Program-made: the position numbers and the translations under genes
Notes under the pieces: model-generated
What the model saw: only the letters and a program-made list of their open reading frames with translations
What the model was told of the DNA's origin: nothing
Database searches by the model: none
Assembly: GCF_009914755.1 (NCBI RefSeq)
Contig: NC_060929.1
Reading direction: 5' to 3' (one strand)
DNA: 64,000 nucleotides
DNA from: the human T2T-CHM13v2.0 reference genome, Homo sapiens
In this document: positions 43,351 to 59,807 of the stretch, in pieces
Numbering within the stretch: the stretch's first letter is position 1
How the letters are laid out: the number at the start of each line of letters is the position of its first letter

Positions 43351-45994
43351 TTAAGTTTTAAATGCACTAGTTCTATTTAATGGTAAAAATGAATTGGTTA
43401 AATCTTTAACTAAAATCATAAGCTGAGATATTCCTAATTGTCAGATATTTCCCTCTTATATTTTTAACTCCATTGCTAGGTTTATACATATTTAAAATTA
43501 TTGAGTTTTAAAAAATTTGACCCTTTTATTATTAGAAAACATGCTTCTTTTATCTAGAAATATGTTTTGTCCTACAGTCTATTTTCTGATATTAATATAG
43601 ACATTCCAATTTACTTGTAATTAGTATTATTATATGATTTTTATTAATTTAAACTGTCTTTATTATTAAAACATGTTTCTTCTTATTTGTATGCATTTGA
43701 TTCTTGCTGTGTTTCATTTGCCCATCTGAATCTTTTAACTGTAATAATTGCTCCATTAATAATACTTGCAATTAATGATATAATTTTCATCTACTTTCTT
43801 GCTATTTGTTTTGTGTTTGTTTCATTTTTCTCTTCTTCTCCTTTCTTGTTTTCATTGGATTAAATAATTTTGTTATTCCATTTTTAACATCCCTATTGGT
43901 TTTTTAGAATGCTTTTAAAAATATTTTGCAGTAGGGATTAGAATATGCTTCTAATTCTTTTTTCAATGCAACATCAAGTAATAGCATAACACTTCAGGTA
44001 TAATGTAAATTTTACAACATCATACCTCATTTTAAATTTTTCCAATACAATTTTTCTTTACTTTAAATGTTGTTTCTACTTGTGTTATAAACCTTAATAT
44101 TCTTTGTTATTATATTTCTTTGGTCATTCATTATTTTCAATAAAATACTTTTTAAAATCCTTTTGTAGTTACTTATAATTACCATGTCTGCTCTATTTGG
44201 TAAACATTAAAACAATGTTTAAATTTTCTTTAAATTTCCCTTAACTTCCATAGTTGATTTTAAGTATGTCTTATGATACAGAACTTCTGGTGATAAATTT
44301 TCTCAGCGTTGATTTAATCTCAAATATTTCTTTATTTCCCATTTTTGAAAGATATTTTCAACGAATATAGAATTACTGGTTAAATTTATAATTTTTTCTT
44401 ATAGTGCATTAACATTTCATTTTATTTTCTGCAGCATGAGGTGTTTCAGAAGAGAAATCCGTGGAGCTTTTATTATTCCTCATACCTACCCCTGAGTTAA
44501 ATATGTATTTTTTCCTTAGGTGCTTTTAAGATTAAAGGACAATGGTATTCACAATTTGAAAATGTCTAGGTACGGTTTCCTTTAATTTTGTCTTGCTATT
44601 TGTTAAGCTTCTTGGCTCTATAAGTTGATTTTTTATTGAAATTTGGAACACTTTCAGTTATTATTTTCTGAATTTTTTTTTCTGACTGAATCTCTGTCTC
44701 CTAATACATAGACTCTGACTCCAAATACATAGATGCCAGATTGCTGAATGTCAGTGATAATGTCGGGTGGGATTTTAGAATTTTTTTGTTTTTCTTCTTT
44801 AATTTGGATGATTTAACTTGATTTGTTTTCAAGTTTACTGATATTCAGTATCTAATCTACTATTAAGGCCATTTAGTGAATTTTTCATTTCAGATCTTTT
44901 TTTCCAGTTATTCAATTAATTTTTATAGTTTTAATTTTTCTACCAAAATTATCTATAATTTCTCTTATTATGTTCATTTTTTCCTTACTGTCTTTAAAAT
45001 ATTTGCAATAGCAGTTTTAAATTCTTTGATTCTAATTTCAACTGCTTTGAATGTTCAAGTTTATATGATAAGTCATTGTTGGGGCAGAATTACACACCTT
45101 TGTGAGTCTATTGTTCAAGCTAGCCATTGCAGAAGTACACTCTTCCTTCAACATAATTTGCTCACATCAGCATCTTAGAATTTTACAGTAAAGCACTGGT
45201 TAAAATTTATGCTCTCTAAAACACTGTAATTTAACTGAGTAAATTGGATATAAAAGACCAGTTAGATATGGTACCTTTGTTACATGACATGTTGTGTGAA
45301 GTTAATAAGCCTATAGAATTGTAGATATCTGTTTACAATAAATATACACATTTTGCAGTAAGTACATAACTAATTCAGTTACTCCTGACTTCAGTATCAT
45401 GTCTACATTAACAATGTTACAAGCACAATTAAATAATGAGAGGAAAGGGAAAAATGCACACTACTCTAGCTTTAATTGTGTCCAATAAGCTTGTTAGATT
45501 ATGAATTGCATCCATTGCTTTTATTATAGAAATCACTAAATCTTTTAGATGAGAAAGGAATTGAAAAATAGAAGACAAAGCAGGCATTCTGAAGTTGAAC
45601 AAAGATACATGTAGACATATTATATGCATACTAAAGTAGATTGCTAGACAGGGAAGCTGACAAATAGCAATCAGATAGACTAATGAAATATGTCTAACCA
45701 TCCTGTCAAGTGCAATTCTGGGTGGAGAGACAAATGAAGTGGGCTGAGCACTTGCATACTGACATTCACTTAAGATGCAATCCTAATGATGCAGACCTTG
45801 ATCCCTCCATATGCATCACTGCCATATACATTACATATACATATATTTAAAAATCTGAACAAAGCTAAAATCTGAAAAGACAATTTATTTGGTTTATTTA
45901 TCATCGTAAGTCTGTTCCACCAGGAAGAAGTATAAGGAAATGTTATATAGTCTTCAGGTGTGAAGAAATCTGTGCATTAGTTGGTAAGAACAAC

Positions 45995-46250
45995 ATTTAT
46001 TTCCTCACTTTGCATCCTGAGTTTACATTATTATTTTTTTGGCTATGGAACCTTGAACCAGTCACTTAATACCTCAAAGTCTCTCATTTAAAAATAGAAA
46101 GTTTTTTAGTTTGTATAAAATAGAAACTAAAGTTTATACAGTTTGTATAAAATACCACCTATTTTATATAACATTTAAGATGATATGATACACCATGTAT
46201 AAAACACTTAGAGAGTATTGAACACATGGTAATCACTTACTAAATATCCT
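45995..46250 (+). mobile_element. MIR SINE
   Basis: ggctatggaaccttgaaccagtcacttaatacctc...tgtataaaacacttagagagt...acacatggtaatcacttactaaatat. Confidence 0.7.
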
Positions 46251-47663
46251 AGCATATTTTATGAACAACTTATTTTTTGTGAAGTTGATTACAATATATT
46301 ATTATATCAGAATTTGCATAGATTTCTGGATCTTATATATATGAGGCAATAATTATTTCTACAGGTTTCTAAGATTAAATGCTAATATGAGGTAATAATT
46401 TTTCACTTTCAGGATAGCAACATGGTGTTTTAATATTATGATTTAAAGCATGATATTGGAAAATGTATTAAAAGCAGTGTATTTATAATTATCATACCTG
46501 TTACCCAGCTTTTCAAGATGAAAAATATTTCTTTTTAAAATATAGAACTGAAAGGGCAAGGCAGTCATGGGCACCTCTTGTAGGTCTCCAAAATGTTACT
46601 GCTGCAGCAAACCCCACAGGATTCTAAACTTAGTGAGATTGTGGGAGGCGAATGAGGGAGGATATTCTCAGGGTTTCAAATTCCCAAAGATGTATAATTT
46701 ATATTTCCTGAACTTGTATAGAAGAATTGAAAGAATAATAAACATACCTTCCACGGATGGGTGTGTAGAGGCCCCCTCTGGATTCAAAATAGTAATGCAC
46801 TAAAGTGACAGGGCAGGTGGCGTCTGGAGCAGAGGGAGGTGAGAAATAAGCACGTTTGTAAAACAAATGGTGATGTGATTGAAAAGAAGGAAGATGCCTC
46901 ATGTTGTCAAAATACCAGCATCATGGTTTCAAAAACATAATCACATTTTCATCAAAATAAGAAGCATAACTTCAGAGTATATGCAGAAATTACATTTTAC
47001 AAAGGGCCAGCCTGGTCCAGTACTCCATATACTATACACAATCAATACAACCAAGTTCCGATTTGCCTGACTTCGGCCTAAAGAATGAATCTGTAATTCT
47101 ATATAAAATGTAAAGATTTAGGGGTTACAATTGAAATAACCCCCTTACACAAGGAAAATGAGCAAATATTCCTTTTGTATGTGTTTTATTCCTCTTACTT
47201 AACTCTTCGATGCTTACATTTTTCAAAATGTTTTAATTTACACACACACACTTAAATTATTTATTTACAATATGTCTGTGAAATAGAATAATAATTTCTA
47301 TTTCAATTTCAATTGTATAGAATACAAAACTGAAATCCATAGAGATTGAAGATTTGGCCAGTGTTAACAAAACAGTAATCAACAAAGCATAAGCTAAAAT
47401 CAGCCCCCCAAATCTGATTTTTTTAGTTTATGAAGACAAACTCTTTTCTATCGCATTATTGCATGATCAAAACACTATATGGCTGACAGAGGAGATACAT
47501 TTCTTGGATGAAGCATTTTATGTAAGCTGTTGGAATTTCCACAATTAACTACCAAGTCAAGTCAGTAATATCCACTGGCAATCTTAGTATGAGGGATCAG
47601 CCTTCTCCATGATCTTGGGAATTTTTATGTAAAAAGATCCTGGAGAGGCAATACCTTGCATTA

Positions 47664-48034
47664 TGCCTTGGTCAGCTCAGGCTGCTCTCACAGATTACCA
47701 TAGACTGGGTGGCTAAACTAATAAACATGTAGTTTTCAAAGTTCTGGAGGCGAGAAAGCCCAAGATCAGGATGCCAGTATGGATGGTTTGGTGAAGAACC
47801 TCTGTCTTGTTTACAGAATTTTGACTTCTCACTGTCTTCTCACATGGCAGAGAGCAGAGAAAGAGAGGACAAACTCTCCTCTTTCTTCTTATTAAAGCAC
47901 TAATCCTATTCATGAGGGTGCCACCCTTATGACCTACTTACCTCCCAAAGGTCCCAATTCCTACTGCCACCATACTGGGGGTTAGAATTTCAACACATAC
48001 ATTTTGAGTGGACACAAATATTCAGTTCACAACA
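47664..48034 (-). mobile_element. MLT1A0-like solo LTR
   Basis: ctcaggctgct...accatagactgggtggct...cactaatcctattcatgaggg...gacacaaatattcagttcacaaca. Confidence 0.88.
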
Positions 48035-48497
48035 CCTGCCATAGAGCTCGTAACATTCTACCCTCATAATGACAAACCCATGTATAGATCTATGTATGAA
48101 ACGAATGCGAAGAATCTTGGATCATAATCCTGACTTCATAGTTCTCACATTATAGCCCTCTCTTCATTTCTGTATTTTGCAGTAATTTTAAAAAATCTTA
48201 GAAACAAAATTATGAAAACGCTATGAAGTAATGATTTTATTGTAAAATGCTTTTCCTCTAGGTGTAATGTATTTCTCCACTATCTCTTGGATATCTTACC
48301 AGATTATTCAGTGTATGTGTGGAGGATACAAATAATGAGAAAAACAGCAAATAACCAAGTCAGTTATTTTCAGAATTTAAATATATGTAATGCATTTTAA
48401 AATATAATTTTAGTGAAAATCCGCTGAATAGAAATGAAAGTAAAAGTCCATTTAGATCAATTCCATTAGCTATTTTATGTAGACAATTGTTTTTCAA

Positions 48498-48521
48498 TAA
48501 CAAGTTATTAATAACTTGTTA
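48498..48521. repeat. Perfect 24-bp palindrome
   Basis: taacaagttatt|aataacttgtta, 12-bp arms, no spacer. Confidence 0.95.
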
Positions 48522-50630
48522 GCATTCTTCTCGTTTAACTTGGAGAGGAAAGCAGAAGATACCAAGGAAAGGATTGGGAACATTTTTCAACATGCCCGAA
48601 CATATAGTTCTGAGAATACGGGATGTTTTCTAGACTTTTAGAATAACTTCACCAAAGAAAATGAGTAAATATGCACTCACATTCTTAATATTGATGGAGC
48701 ATCTATTTTTTCCAATCCAAATTTAGGTTGTTTTTGGAGATTGGATGAAGCATGCAATTTTAATGCTTTATTCATGGGAATAAGTAGGAAAGAAGATAGA
48801 AATAAGTGGACAACTGTAAGTGCAAAATCTTAAAAGTTGCTTGTGCAAGTTTTAACTCTAATACATTCTCTTTCCCTGTGGATTTCGGCAGGCAGATGAA
48901 ATAAATGACCACTAAATAATAGTATGCATGAAATAAATAGATATTTCAGGAAATAAAGGCATAGAGAAAATAGTGTGCAGTTTAAAAAACATAGAGTTAA
49001 TGAAGGCCAGGAACTAAACGGAATAAGTTGTCCTTCTATAGAATCTGTATTTCTTTAGTTTGGATGAGTTCCAAAAAGTGAAAACTTTTTTTACAGTTCC
49101 TCTATGGCATGGAGTAAGTGGTTAGATACTGTTAACTAAGCACATGGGACATGTGGAAAAAATCCACAGGCTTATATGTCCAAAATAATCTCTTTCTCAA
49201 ATATAAAGCCTCTGGTGATGGATGGGCAGTACTGTTTGTTTTCTGAGAATTGCAGGTTAAATGAATCAGTTAATGAAATCTAATTTCTCCAGAGGCAGAT
49301 ACTTTGAGAGAGAACCTCAACCATACATGAAAAACAATCCTACCTCCAGAATCCATTAAAATAGCACAATCTACATTAGTATCCTTCACTTTTTTTGAAA
49401 ATATTTTTGTACAAAAGTAAGAAAATTTAAAGCCATTCACTAAATTTAGAATATATCCTTGAGAAAAAGTTTATTCACCAGACTAATATCATGATTTTGA
49501 CACTGGGTCCACAGTGAGCTAGCAAATCAATATCACATTAACTATATGCATAAATAAGTGATTGCTTATTTACAAAGCATACTTATAGCCTGAGTAATTA
49601 ACTCTTGCTCTTCCAAAGGCAAAGCTATGGTAATTATAGTATAAATGTGAATAAAAATAGTAAGATTTCATATAATCTCACAGCATTTATGTCCTATAGT
49701 TCTCCAAGCAATATAGTGAAATATTATTTCACCTTTGAGTTTAGAATAAGCTAAAAATTTAATGACCTCTTTAAGAACTTTCCAATAATTTAATATCTCT
49801 AAATAAGTATTCTTAAGATTATTCATATAGATTATCAAAATTATTTAGGTTGCTTAATATATGCCAATGTTTTAGAAAAGCAATGCTCTACTTCCTCGTT
49901 ATTTAAATGAGAATATTTCAGAATTAGAAAATGTTTTTAGAAGCTGTTTCTCAAGATGTAACAATATCAAACTACCATCTAATTGAAATTTCTAAATATT
50001 TAATTTGCCAAGTAATAATAAATAAGGTTCATACCGGCTTTGTAGACTAGGTCTTTTTTAAATCCTTTGTTGAGTATACCCAATAATAAAAATTGAACAG
50101 GAGCCGAAGAGGTGAATGTATAAAATACCTTAAGAGTATCATAATAGCTAAATTGCTGCCAGGATAATGTATTTGTTTTGTTTTCTTGTTTTTGAGGAAG
50201 AGATTTACATTTCATCTATGATCTGTTAAAAAGGTAAATAATTTTGAGCCTCCCTAATACTGTTCTAAATCTGAAAATAAAAGTTCCTCATTAAAATTGC
50301 AAGGCTTTGGGAGTCAACTGGATGTTAATTCATTGACTTTTAACATTTGACTTAGAGAAGATTCGATCAAGCCTTTAAAAAGTAAGGCAAGTACCTAGAA
50401 AGTAAAATATAACTCTCTAGGAATAACTCTCCTAGCCTGAAGTCAATGCCAATATCCCTTGAATACTACGCAGAGGTCAAATGTAATAACTCTGGGAGCT
50501 AAACCGAAATGCCCAAATTCAACATTGAAATATAACCCAAGGCATTACACTGCCTCAATAATTTTCAGTACAAAAAATATTTGCTGCATAGTGATATGAA
50601 AAGAAACAGAAGAAAATCATATTTGGAAAT

Positions 50631-51020
50631 TGTCTTAGTTCAGTCTGCCATAACAAAATTTCACAGACTGTGTGGTTAAAACAACAGAAATTTATTTCTC
50701 ATAGTTCTAGTGGTTAAAAGTCTGAGATCATGGTGCCCGCATGGCTGGTGTCTGGTCAGGCCTTTTTTTTGTGACTTCTGGGCAGTTGCCATCTCCCTGA
50801 GTGCTCGCTCATATGACCTCTTCTTTGTGTGTATGTAGAGCAAGACAAGTGCTGTCTCTTCTGCAAGGACACGAATCCCATGACATCATGGTCCTGCAGC
50901 TAAGACCTCATTTAAACTTAGTTGCTTACTTAAAGCCTCCATCTCCAAACACAGCCACACTGGGGGGTTAGTGCTTCAGAATATCAGTTTTGGGAGGAAG
51001 CAAACATTCAGTCCATAACA
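50631..51020 (-). mobile_element. MLT1A/MST-group solo LTR
   Basis: tgtcttagtt...aacaacagaaatttatttctcatagttct...ccatctccaaacacagccacactgggg...aaacattcagtccataaca. Confidence 0.85.
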
Positions 51021-52423
51021 GGAAGCACACGACTGTTATGTAGAGGCAGCACACACATCTTTTGGAGAGAAGGGAGACAAGGATGATTTGTTTGAACTAT
51101 TAAGCTCGTCTCCTTGAACAGCTCAAAATATCTAAGTATTTATAAAATATCTACAAAAGACAGAAGCTGGGGTTAAGTAGGAGGAAGCTGGGAACCTGCA
51201 TGGGACTCCCATGTACCAGGACTCCTTCCTGGCCCCTAAAGACGAGAGGATAACGGGTGGCTAATGGGTGAGTTGAACTGGCAAGGAACAACCAGCTCTC
51301 ACCATGAGCCTCTGGAATCCTGACAGAAGGAGACCCCTCAACCACCATGGACATTGGAATTGGCAGGAAGAACTGCTTAGAGAAGTGGTAGGGGAAGCAT
51401 AACAGCTGAGGCGGAGCCCAGAGTGTTTAGTGCAGGAACATCTCTAATAGGAACATGACCAGGGAAGCCCATCTCCCTAGCCTCAATGTCCTCCCATAGG
51501 AGACTTTAGCCCTAAGGGAACTATTGGACCTGAACTCTGCAGGGCGGGCTTGCCCATCAAACAGGGCTAGTATGACCTGAGCACCTCTTGTTCTGCTGGC
51601 CTCTCCTGGAACCCCGACCTGGCTGTGCCTGCTTGCAGGGCAGCCTCTGGTGCCCTGGGTGCCCGCATTATAGCTCCTGTGCTTGCGGACTGTGCTTAAC
51701 CACTGGAGAGCTCCAACGGGATGGCCCCACTGCCAGGCAGCAGCCTGCCCTCTCTCTTTCCACATTTCAGCTTCCCCCAGGCCTATGGCAACCCCCACCA
51801 CCCAACATTGCCTTGCCTATGAGCGTGTGCATTGGCAGGTTTTGGGTGTGTGCATGCATCCTGCCCTGCCACTGCTGCCAGTGGGAGAGCACCCTACCCA
51901 TACTCCCACACCCTCGGCCCCCCACCAGTATTGCAGTTCGAGCCTTGGCAGGCACGGATCCAGCCAGCCCGCCCCCCGCCTCCCTGAGTGCCCCACCTTG
52001 TGCCAACACTGCTGCAGGAGTGAAACTAGCCACAGAGAACAAACACTTCCTTGCCCTGAGTGACCACCATTCCCTGCAGAGCACAGAGGGCGCACACAGA
52101 CCTGCACCCGGCAGTGAGGCATCATCATGCCGACCCCACCACCAGTGTGACTGCCTGCACAGTCGCCAGCACGGGCCCCCGCCCCACTGGACCATGCTAC
52201 CTCTGCCATTGTGGTGAACCCCCACACCTCAGCCACCCCCAGCACCCGCTAGCACCCTGCAGCAGCCAAGTATGCACTCCACCACACTGCCACTGCTGCT
52301 GACATGTGCAAACGAGGATGGATCCCACTGCTACTGCAGTAAGAAACACTTTACCTGACCACTCATCAGAGCGTGGTGACCAGCCATCCGGGAGCACTTT
52401 GGCCCTCCCAGTGATGTGGATTC

Positions 52424-54483
<2,060 letters not shown>

Positions 54484-57400
54484 AGTGCTGTGGATTCCTA
54501 ACCTCAAGGAGACAGAAAATAACACAGACCCAATACAAGTCCTCCAGATATAGAGCACACAGTCCAGGCATCTGGGAGGTGAGTGTTGGCCCCCTAAAAT
54601 ATTTCAGAAATGAAGCCGGTCAGCTGAATGCACTTTATATGACAGTCCAACACCCAAAGTCATTAAATAGGATAAAAGAGAAAGAAAAACCCAACCAGAG
54701 GTCCACAACTTCAAAGATCAAAGAAACATTCACCTATAAAGATGAGAAAGAACCAATGTATGAACCCTGGCAACTCCAAAAGCCAGAGTGCCTTCTTTCT
54801 TCCAAAAGACCACACTGCCTCTGCAGCAAGGGTTCTGAACTGAGTTGAGATAGCTGAAATGACAGAAATAGAATTCAGAATAAGGACAGGAACAAAGATC
54901 ATTGAGATGCATGAGTATGGTGAAATGCACCCAAGGAAGCTAAGAATCACCATGAAACTATACAGGAGCTAACAGACAAAATAGCCAGTGTAGAAAAGGA
55001 TGCAACCCACCTGATAGATCTCAAAAACACACTACAAAAATTTCATAATGCAATCACAAGTATTAATAGCAGAATAGACCGAGCTGATGAAAGAATCTCA
55101 AAGCTCGAAGATTAACTTTCTGAAATAAAGTAGACATGAATAAAGGAAATAAAATGAAAAGGAATGAACAAAACCTCTAAGAAATAAGGGATTGTGTAAA
55201 GAGACCAAACCTATGACTTACTGGTGTCCCTGAAAGTGATGGAGAGAGTGCAAGCAACTTGGAAAACACATTTCACATCATTCATAAGAACTTCCCCAAC
55301 CTACCTTGAGAGGTAAACCTTCAAATTTAGAAATGCAGAGAACTCCAGTAAGATACTTCAAAAGAAGTCCCCAAGAGACAAAATCATCAGATTTTCCCAG
55401 ATCGAAATGAAAGAAAAAATGTTAAAGGCAGCTAGAGAGAAAGGTCAGGTCAACTACAAAGGAAAGCCCATCAAACTAACAGTGGACATCTCAGCAAATA
55501 CCCTATAAGCCTACAAGATTGAGGGGTTAGTAGTCAACATTCTTAAAGAAAAAAAATTCCAAACCAGAATTTCATATCCAGCCAAAGTAAGTTTCATAAA
55601 CAAAGGAGAAATAAGATCCTTTTCAGAGAAGCAAATGCTAAGTCACAAGACCTGCCTTACAAGACCTGCCTTACAAGAGCACCAGAAGGAAGCATTAATA
55701 TGGAAAGGAAAAACCATTACCAGTCACTACAAAAACACAGATAATTACACGGATGAGTGATACTGTAAAGCAACCACACAAACATGTCTGTAAAATAACC
55801 AGCTCATATCATAATGACAGGAACAAATCCATGCATATCAATACTAACCTTGAATGTAAATGGCTAAATGCCCCAATTAAAAGGCAGAGTGACAAAATCC
55901 ATTTGTATTCTGTCTTCAAGAGACCCATCTCACATGCCATGACACTCATAGCCTAAAAATAAAGGGTTGAAGAAAAATCTACCAAGCAAATGGAAAACAA
56001 AAAATTGGGGTTGCAATCCTAATTTCATACAAAACACATTTTAAACCAATAAAAAGACAAAAATGGCATTACATAATGGTAAAGAGTTCAACTCAAAAAG
56101 TAGGCATAGCTATCCTAAATATGCATGCACCCAACATAGGAGCACTCAGATTCATAAAGCAAGTTCTTAGAGATCTTCAAAGAGGCTTAGACTTCCTCTA
56201 AATAATAGTGGGAGACTTCAACACTCCACTGACAATGTTAGACAGATAATCGAGGCAAAAAAAAAAAATAACAAAGATATTCAGAACCTGAACTCAGCAC
56301 TGGATAAAATGGACCTGATAGGTATCTACAGAACTCTCCATCCGAAAACAACAGAATATACATTCTTTTCATCACCACATGGCACATACTCTAGAAATTG
56401 ATCACACAACCAGAAATAAAAGACTCCTCAGCAAATGCAATAGAACCAGAGTAGTAACAAACAATCTCTTGAACCACATCGCAATCAAATTAGAAATAAA
56501 GACTAAGAAATTCACTCAAAGCCAAGCAACAACATAGAAATTGAGTAACCTGCACCTGAATAAGTTTAGGGTAAATAATGAAATTAAGGCAGAAATCAAG
56601 AAGTTCTATGAAACTAATGAGAACAAACCAGAATCTCTGGGACACAGCTAAGGCAATGTTAAGAGCAAAATTCATAGCACTAAATGTCCACATCAAAAGT
56701 TAGAAAGATCTGACTTTAACAACCTAACATCACACCTAAAAGAACTAGAGAACCAAGAGAAAACCAACCCCAAAGCTGGCAAAGGATGAGAAATAACCAA
56801 AATCAGAGCTGAACTGAAGGAGATTGAGAAGTGAAAAACCATTCAATAGATCAACTAATGTAGGAGTTGTATTTAAAAAAAAATAGACAACTCGCTAAAC
56901 TAATAAAGAAAAGAGAGAATATCCAAATAAACATAATTAGAAAAAAATGAAGAGGATATTACCACTGACCCACAGAAGTACAAATAACCATCAGAAATAT
57001 TATGAACACCTCTATGCAAAGAAACTAGAAAATCTAGATGAAATTGATACATTTCTGAACACATAAACCCCCCAAGACTAAGCCAGGAATAAACTGAATC
57101 CCTGAACAGGCCAATAATCAGCTCCAAAATTGAATCAGTAATAAATAGCCTACCAGCCAAAAAAAGCCCTGGACCAGATGAATTCCCAGCTGAGTTCTAC
57201 CAGATATACAAAGAAGAGCTGGTATGGTTCCTGCTGAAATTATTCCCCACACCCCACAAAAAAAAATGAGGAGGAGGGACTCCTCCCTAACTCGTTTTAT
57301 GAGGCCAGCATCACGCCAATGCCAAAACCTGGCAGAGACATACCAAAAAAAAAAAAAAAAAAAAATCAGGCCAATATCACTGATGAACCTCAATGCAAAA

Positions 57401-58195
57401 ATCTTCAACAAAATATTGGTAAACTAAATCCAGCAACATATCAAAAAACTTATCCACCGTGATCTAGTAGGCTTTATCTTTGGGATGCAAAGTTGGTTCA
57501 ACATATTTAAATCAATAAATGTGATTCATTAAATAAACAGAACTAAAGACAAAATACACACAATTGCCATGATAGCTGCAGAAAAGGCTTTCAATAAAAT
57601 TCAACAACCATTCATGTTACAAACTCTAGGTATTGAGGGAATGTATGTCAAAATAATAAGGGCCATCTATTACAAACCCACAGCCAACATCAGACTGAAT
57701 GGGCAAAATCTGGAAGCATTCTCCTTGAAAACCAACACAAGACAAAGATGCCTTTCTTACCACTGCTATTCAATATAGTATTGGAAATCCTGGCCAGAGC
57801 AATCAGGTAAGAGAAAGAAGTAAAGGGCTTCCAGATAGGAAGAGAGAAAGCCAAACTAACTCTGTCTGCAGACAATGTGGTCCTATATCTAGAAAACCCG
57901 GTAATCTCAGCTCAAAAGCTTCTTAAACTGACAAACAACTTGAGCAAATCTCAGGATACAAAATCAATGTACAAAAATTATAATACTATAATTCCTATAT
58001 GCCCAAAGACAGTCAAGCTGAGAGCCAAATTAGGAACACAATCCCATTCACAATTATTCCCAAAAGAATAAAATACCTAGGAATACAGCTAACCATGAAG
58101 GTGAAAGAGCTCTACAATGAGAACGACAAAACACTGCTCACGGAAATCAGAGATGACATATACAAATGGAAAACATTGTCCATGCTCATTGATAG

Positions 58196-58567
58196 TGATA
58201 TGGTTTCGCTCTGTGCCCCCACCCAAATCTCATCTCAAATTGTAATCCACATGTATTGAGGGAGGGGCCCGGAGGGAGGTCATTAGTTCATGATGGCAAT
58301 TTCCCCCATGCTATTCTCTTGATAGTGAATGAGTTCTCATGAGATCTGACGTCTTAAAAGTGTTTGGCAGTTCCCCTTCCCCAAGTCTCTCTTTCTCCTG
58401 CCATCTTGTGAAGAAGGTGCCTGCTTCTCCTTCTCCTTTCACCATAATTGTAAGTTTTCTGAGGCCTCCCCAGCCATGCAGAACTGTGAGTCAATTAAGC
58501 TTCTTTTCTTTTTATGTCACCTAATGTCAGGTAGTTCTTTATAGCAGTGTAAAAACAAACTAATACA
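58196..58567 (+). mobile_element. MSTA-like solo LTR inserted in L1 ORF2
   Basis: tgatatggttt...cccacccaaatctcat...actaataca; perfect 5-bp TSD gatag 58191-58195 / 58568-58572. Confidence 0.93.
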
Positions 58568-59628
58568 GATAGGTAGAATCAATATCATTAAAATAGCCAT
58601 ACTGGTCAAAGCAATTTACAAATTCAATGCTATTTCTATCAAACTGCCATGACATTCTTCAAAGAACAAGAAAAAAACGATTTTAAAATGCATATAGAAC
58701 CAAAAATAGCCCAAATAGTCAAGGAAATTATAAGGAATAGAAAAAAAGCTAGAGGCATCATGCTACCCAATTTTATATTGACAGGGCTACAGTAAACAAA
58801 ATAGCACAGTACTGGTACAAAAACAGACATACAGAACAACGGGAGAGAATAGAGACCCCAGAAATAAAGCCATACAACTACAATGATCTGATATTCGACA
58901 AACCTGACAAAAACAAGCAACGGAGAAAGGACTCCCTATTCAATAAATGGAACTAGGATAACTGGCTAGTCATATGCAGAAGATTGAAAATGGACCCCTT
59001 CCTTGTACCATATAAAAAATCAACTTGAAATGGATTAAAGACTTAAATGTAAATCCCAAAACTATAAAAACCCTGGAACACAACCTGGGCAATACCATCC
59101 TGGACATAGGACCAGGAAAATATTTCGTGATGAAGATGCCAGAACAATTATAATAAAAGCAAAAATTGGCAAATTAAAATAGAGAGCTTCTGCATAGCAA
59201 AAAGAGCTATCAACAGAGTATATAGACAATCTACAGAATGGGAGAAAATTTTTGCCAACTCCACATCTGACAAAGGCCTAATATCCAGCATCTGTAAGGG
59301 ACTTAAACAAATTTACAAAGCAAACAAACAAACAAACCCAAAACTGCATTAAAAAGTCGGCAAAGAACATAAACAGACATTTTCAAAAGAAGACATACAT
59401 GCAGCTAATAAGCATATGAAGTAAAACCCAACAATACTGATCACTAGAGACATGCAAATCAAAGCCACGTCATCTAACACCAGTCAGAATGGCTGTTATT
59501 AAAACGTCAAAAAATAATATGTGCTGGTGAGACTGCAGAGAAAAAGGGATGCTTATACACTCTTGAGCATGTAAATTAGTTTATCCATTTTGTAAAACAG
59601 TGTGGTGATTCCTCAGAGATTTAAACAC

Positions 59629-59807
59629 AAAAATACTATTTGACCCAGCAATCCCAAAAATACCATTTGACCCAGCAATCCCATTACCAGCAATCCCAAA
59701 AATACCATTTGACCCAGCAATTCCGTTACCTAGCAATCCTAAAAATACCATTTGACCCAGCAATTCCGTTACCTAGCAATCCTAAAAATACCATTTGACC
59801 CAGCAAT
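59629..59807. repeat. L1-derived minisatellite, 5 copies of aaaaataccatttgacccagcaat
   Basis: Copies start at 59629, 59656, 59698, 59741 and 59784 (periods 27, 42, 43, 43). Confidence 0.95.

Noticed and set aside
46765-46830. Additional CTCF motifs (gggcaggtggcgtc; ccagagggggcc on the minus strand)
   Set aside because: Mismatches in the 5' CC-containing half of the core; too weak to call.
51427-52397. Cluster of 120-209 aa overlapping ORFs
   Set aside because: They lie in the GC-rich L1 5'UTR, occur in several frames on both strands and have low-complexity composition, so they are chance ORFs.
55645-55678. 14-bp tandem duplication acaagacctgcctt (similar short ones near 8368, 23228, 46110 and 50410)
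   Set aside because: Ordinary slippage events with no further structure.
59629-59807. CRISPR-like array
   Set aside because: The repeat unit is L1 ORF2 sequence and the intervening parts are copies of each other.
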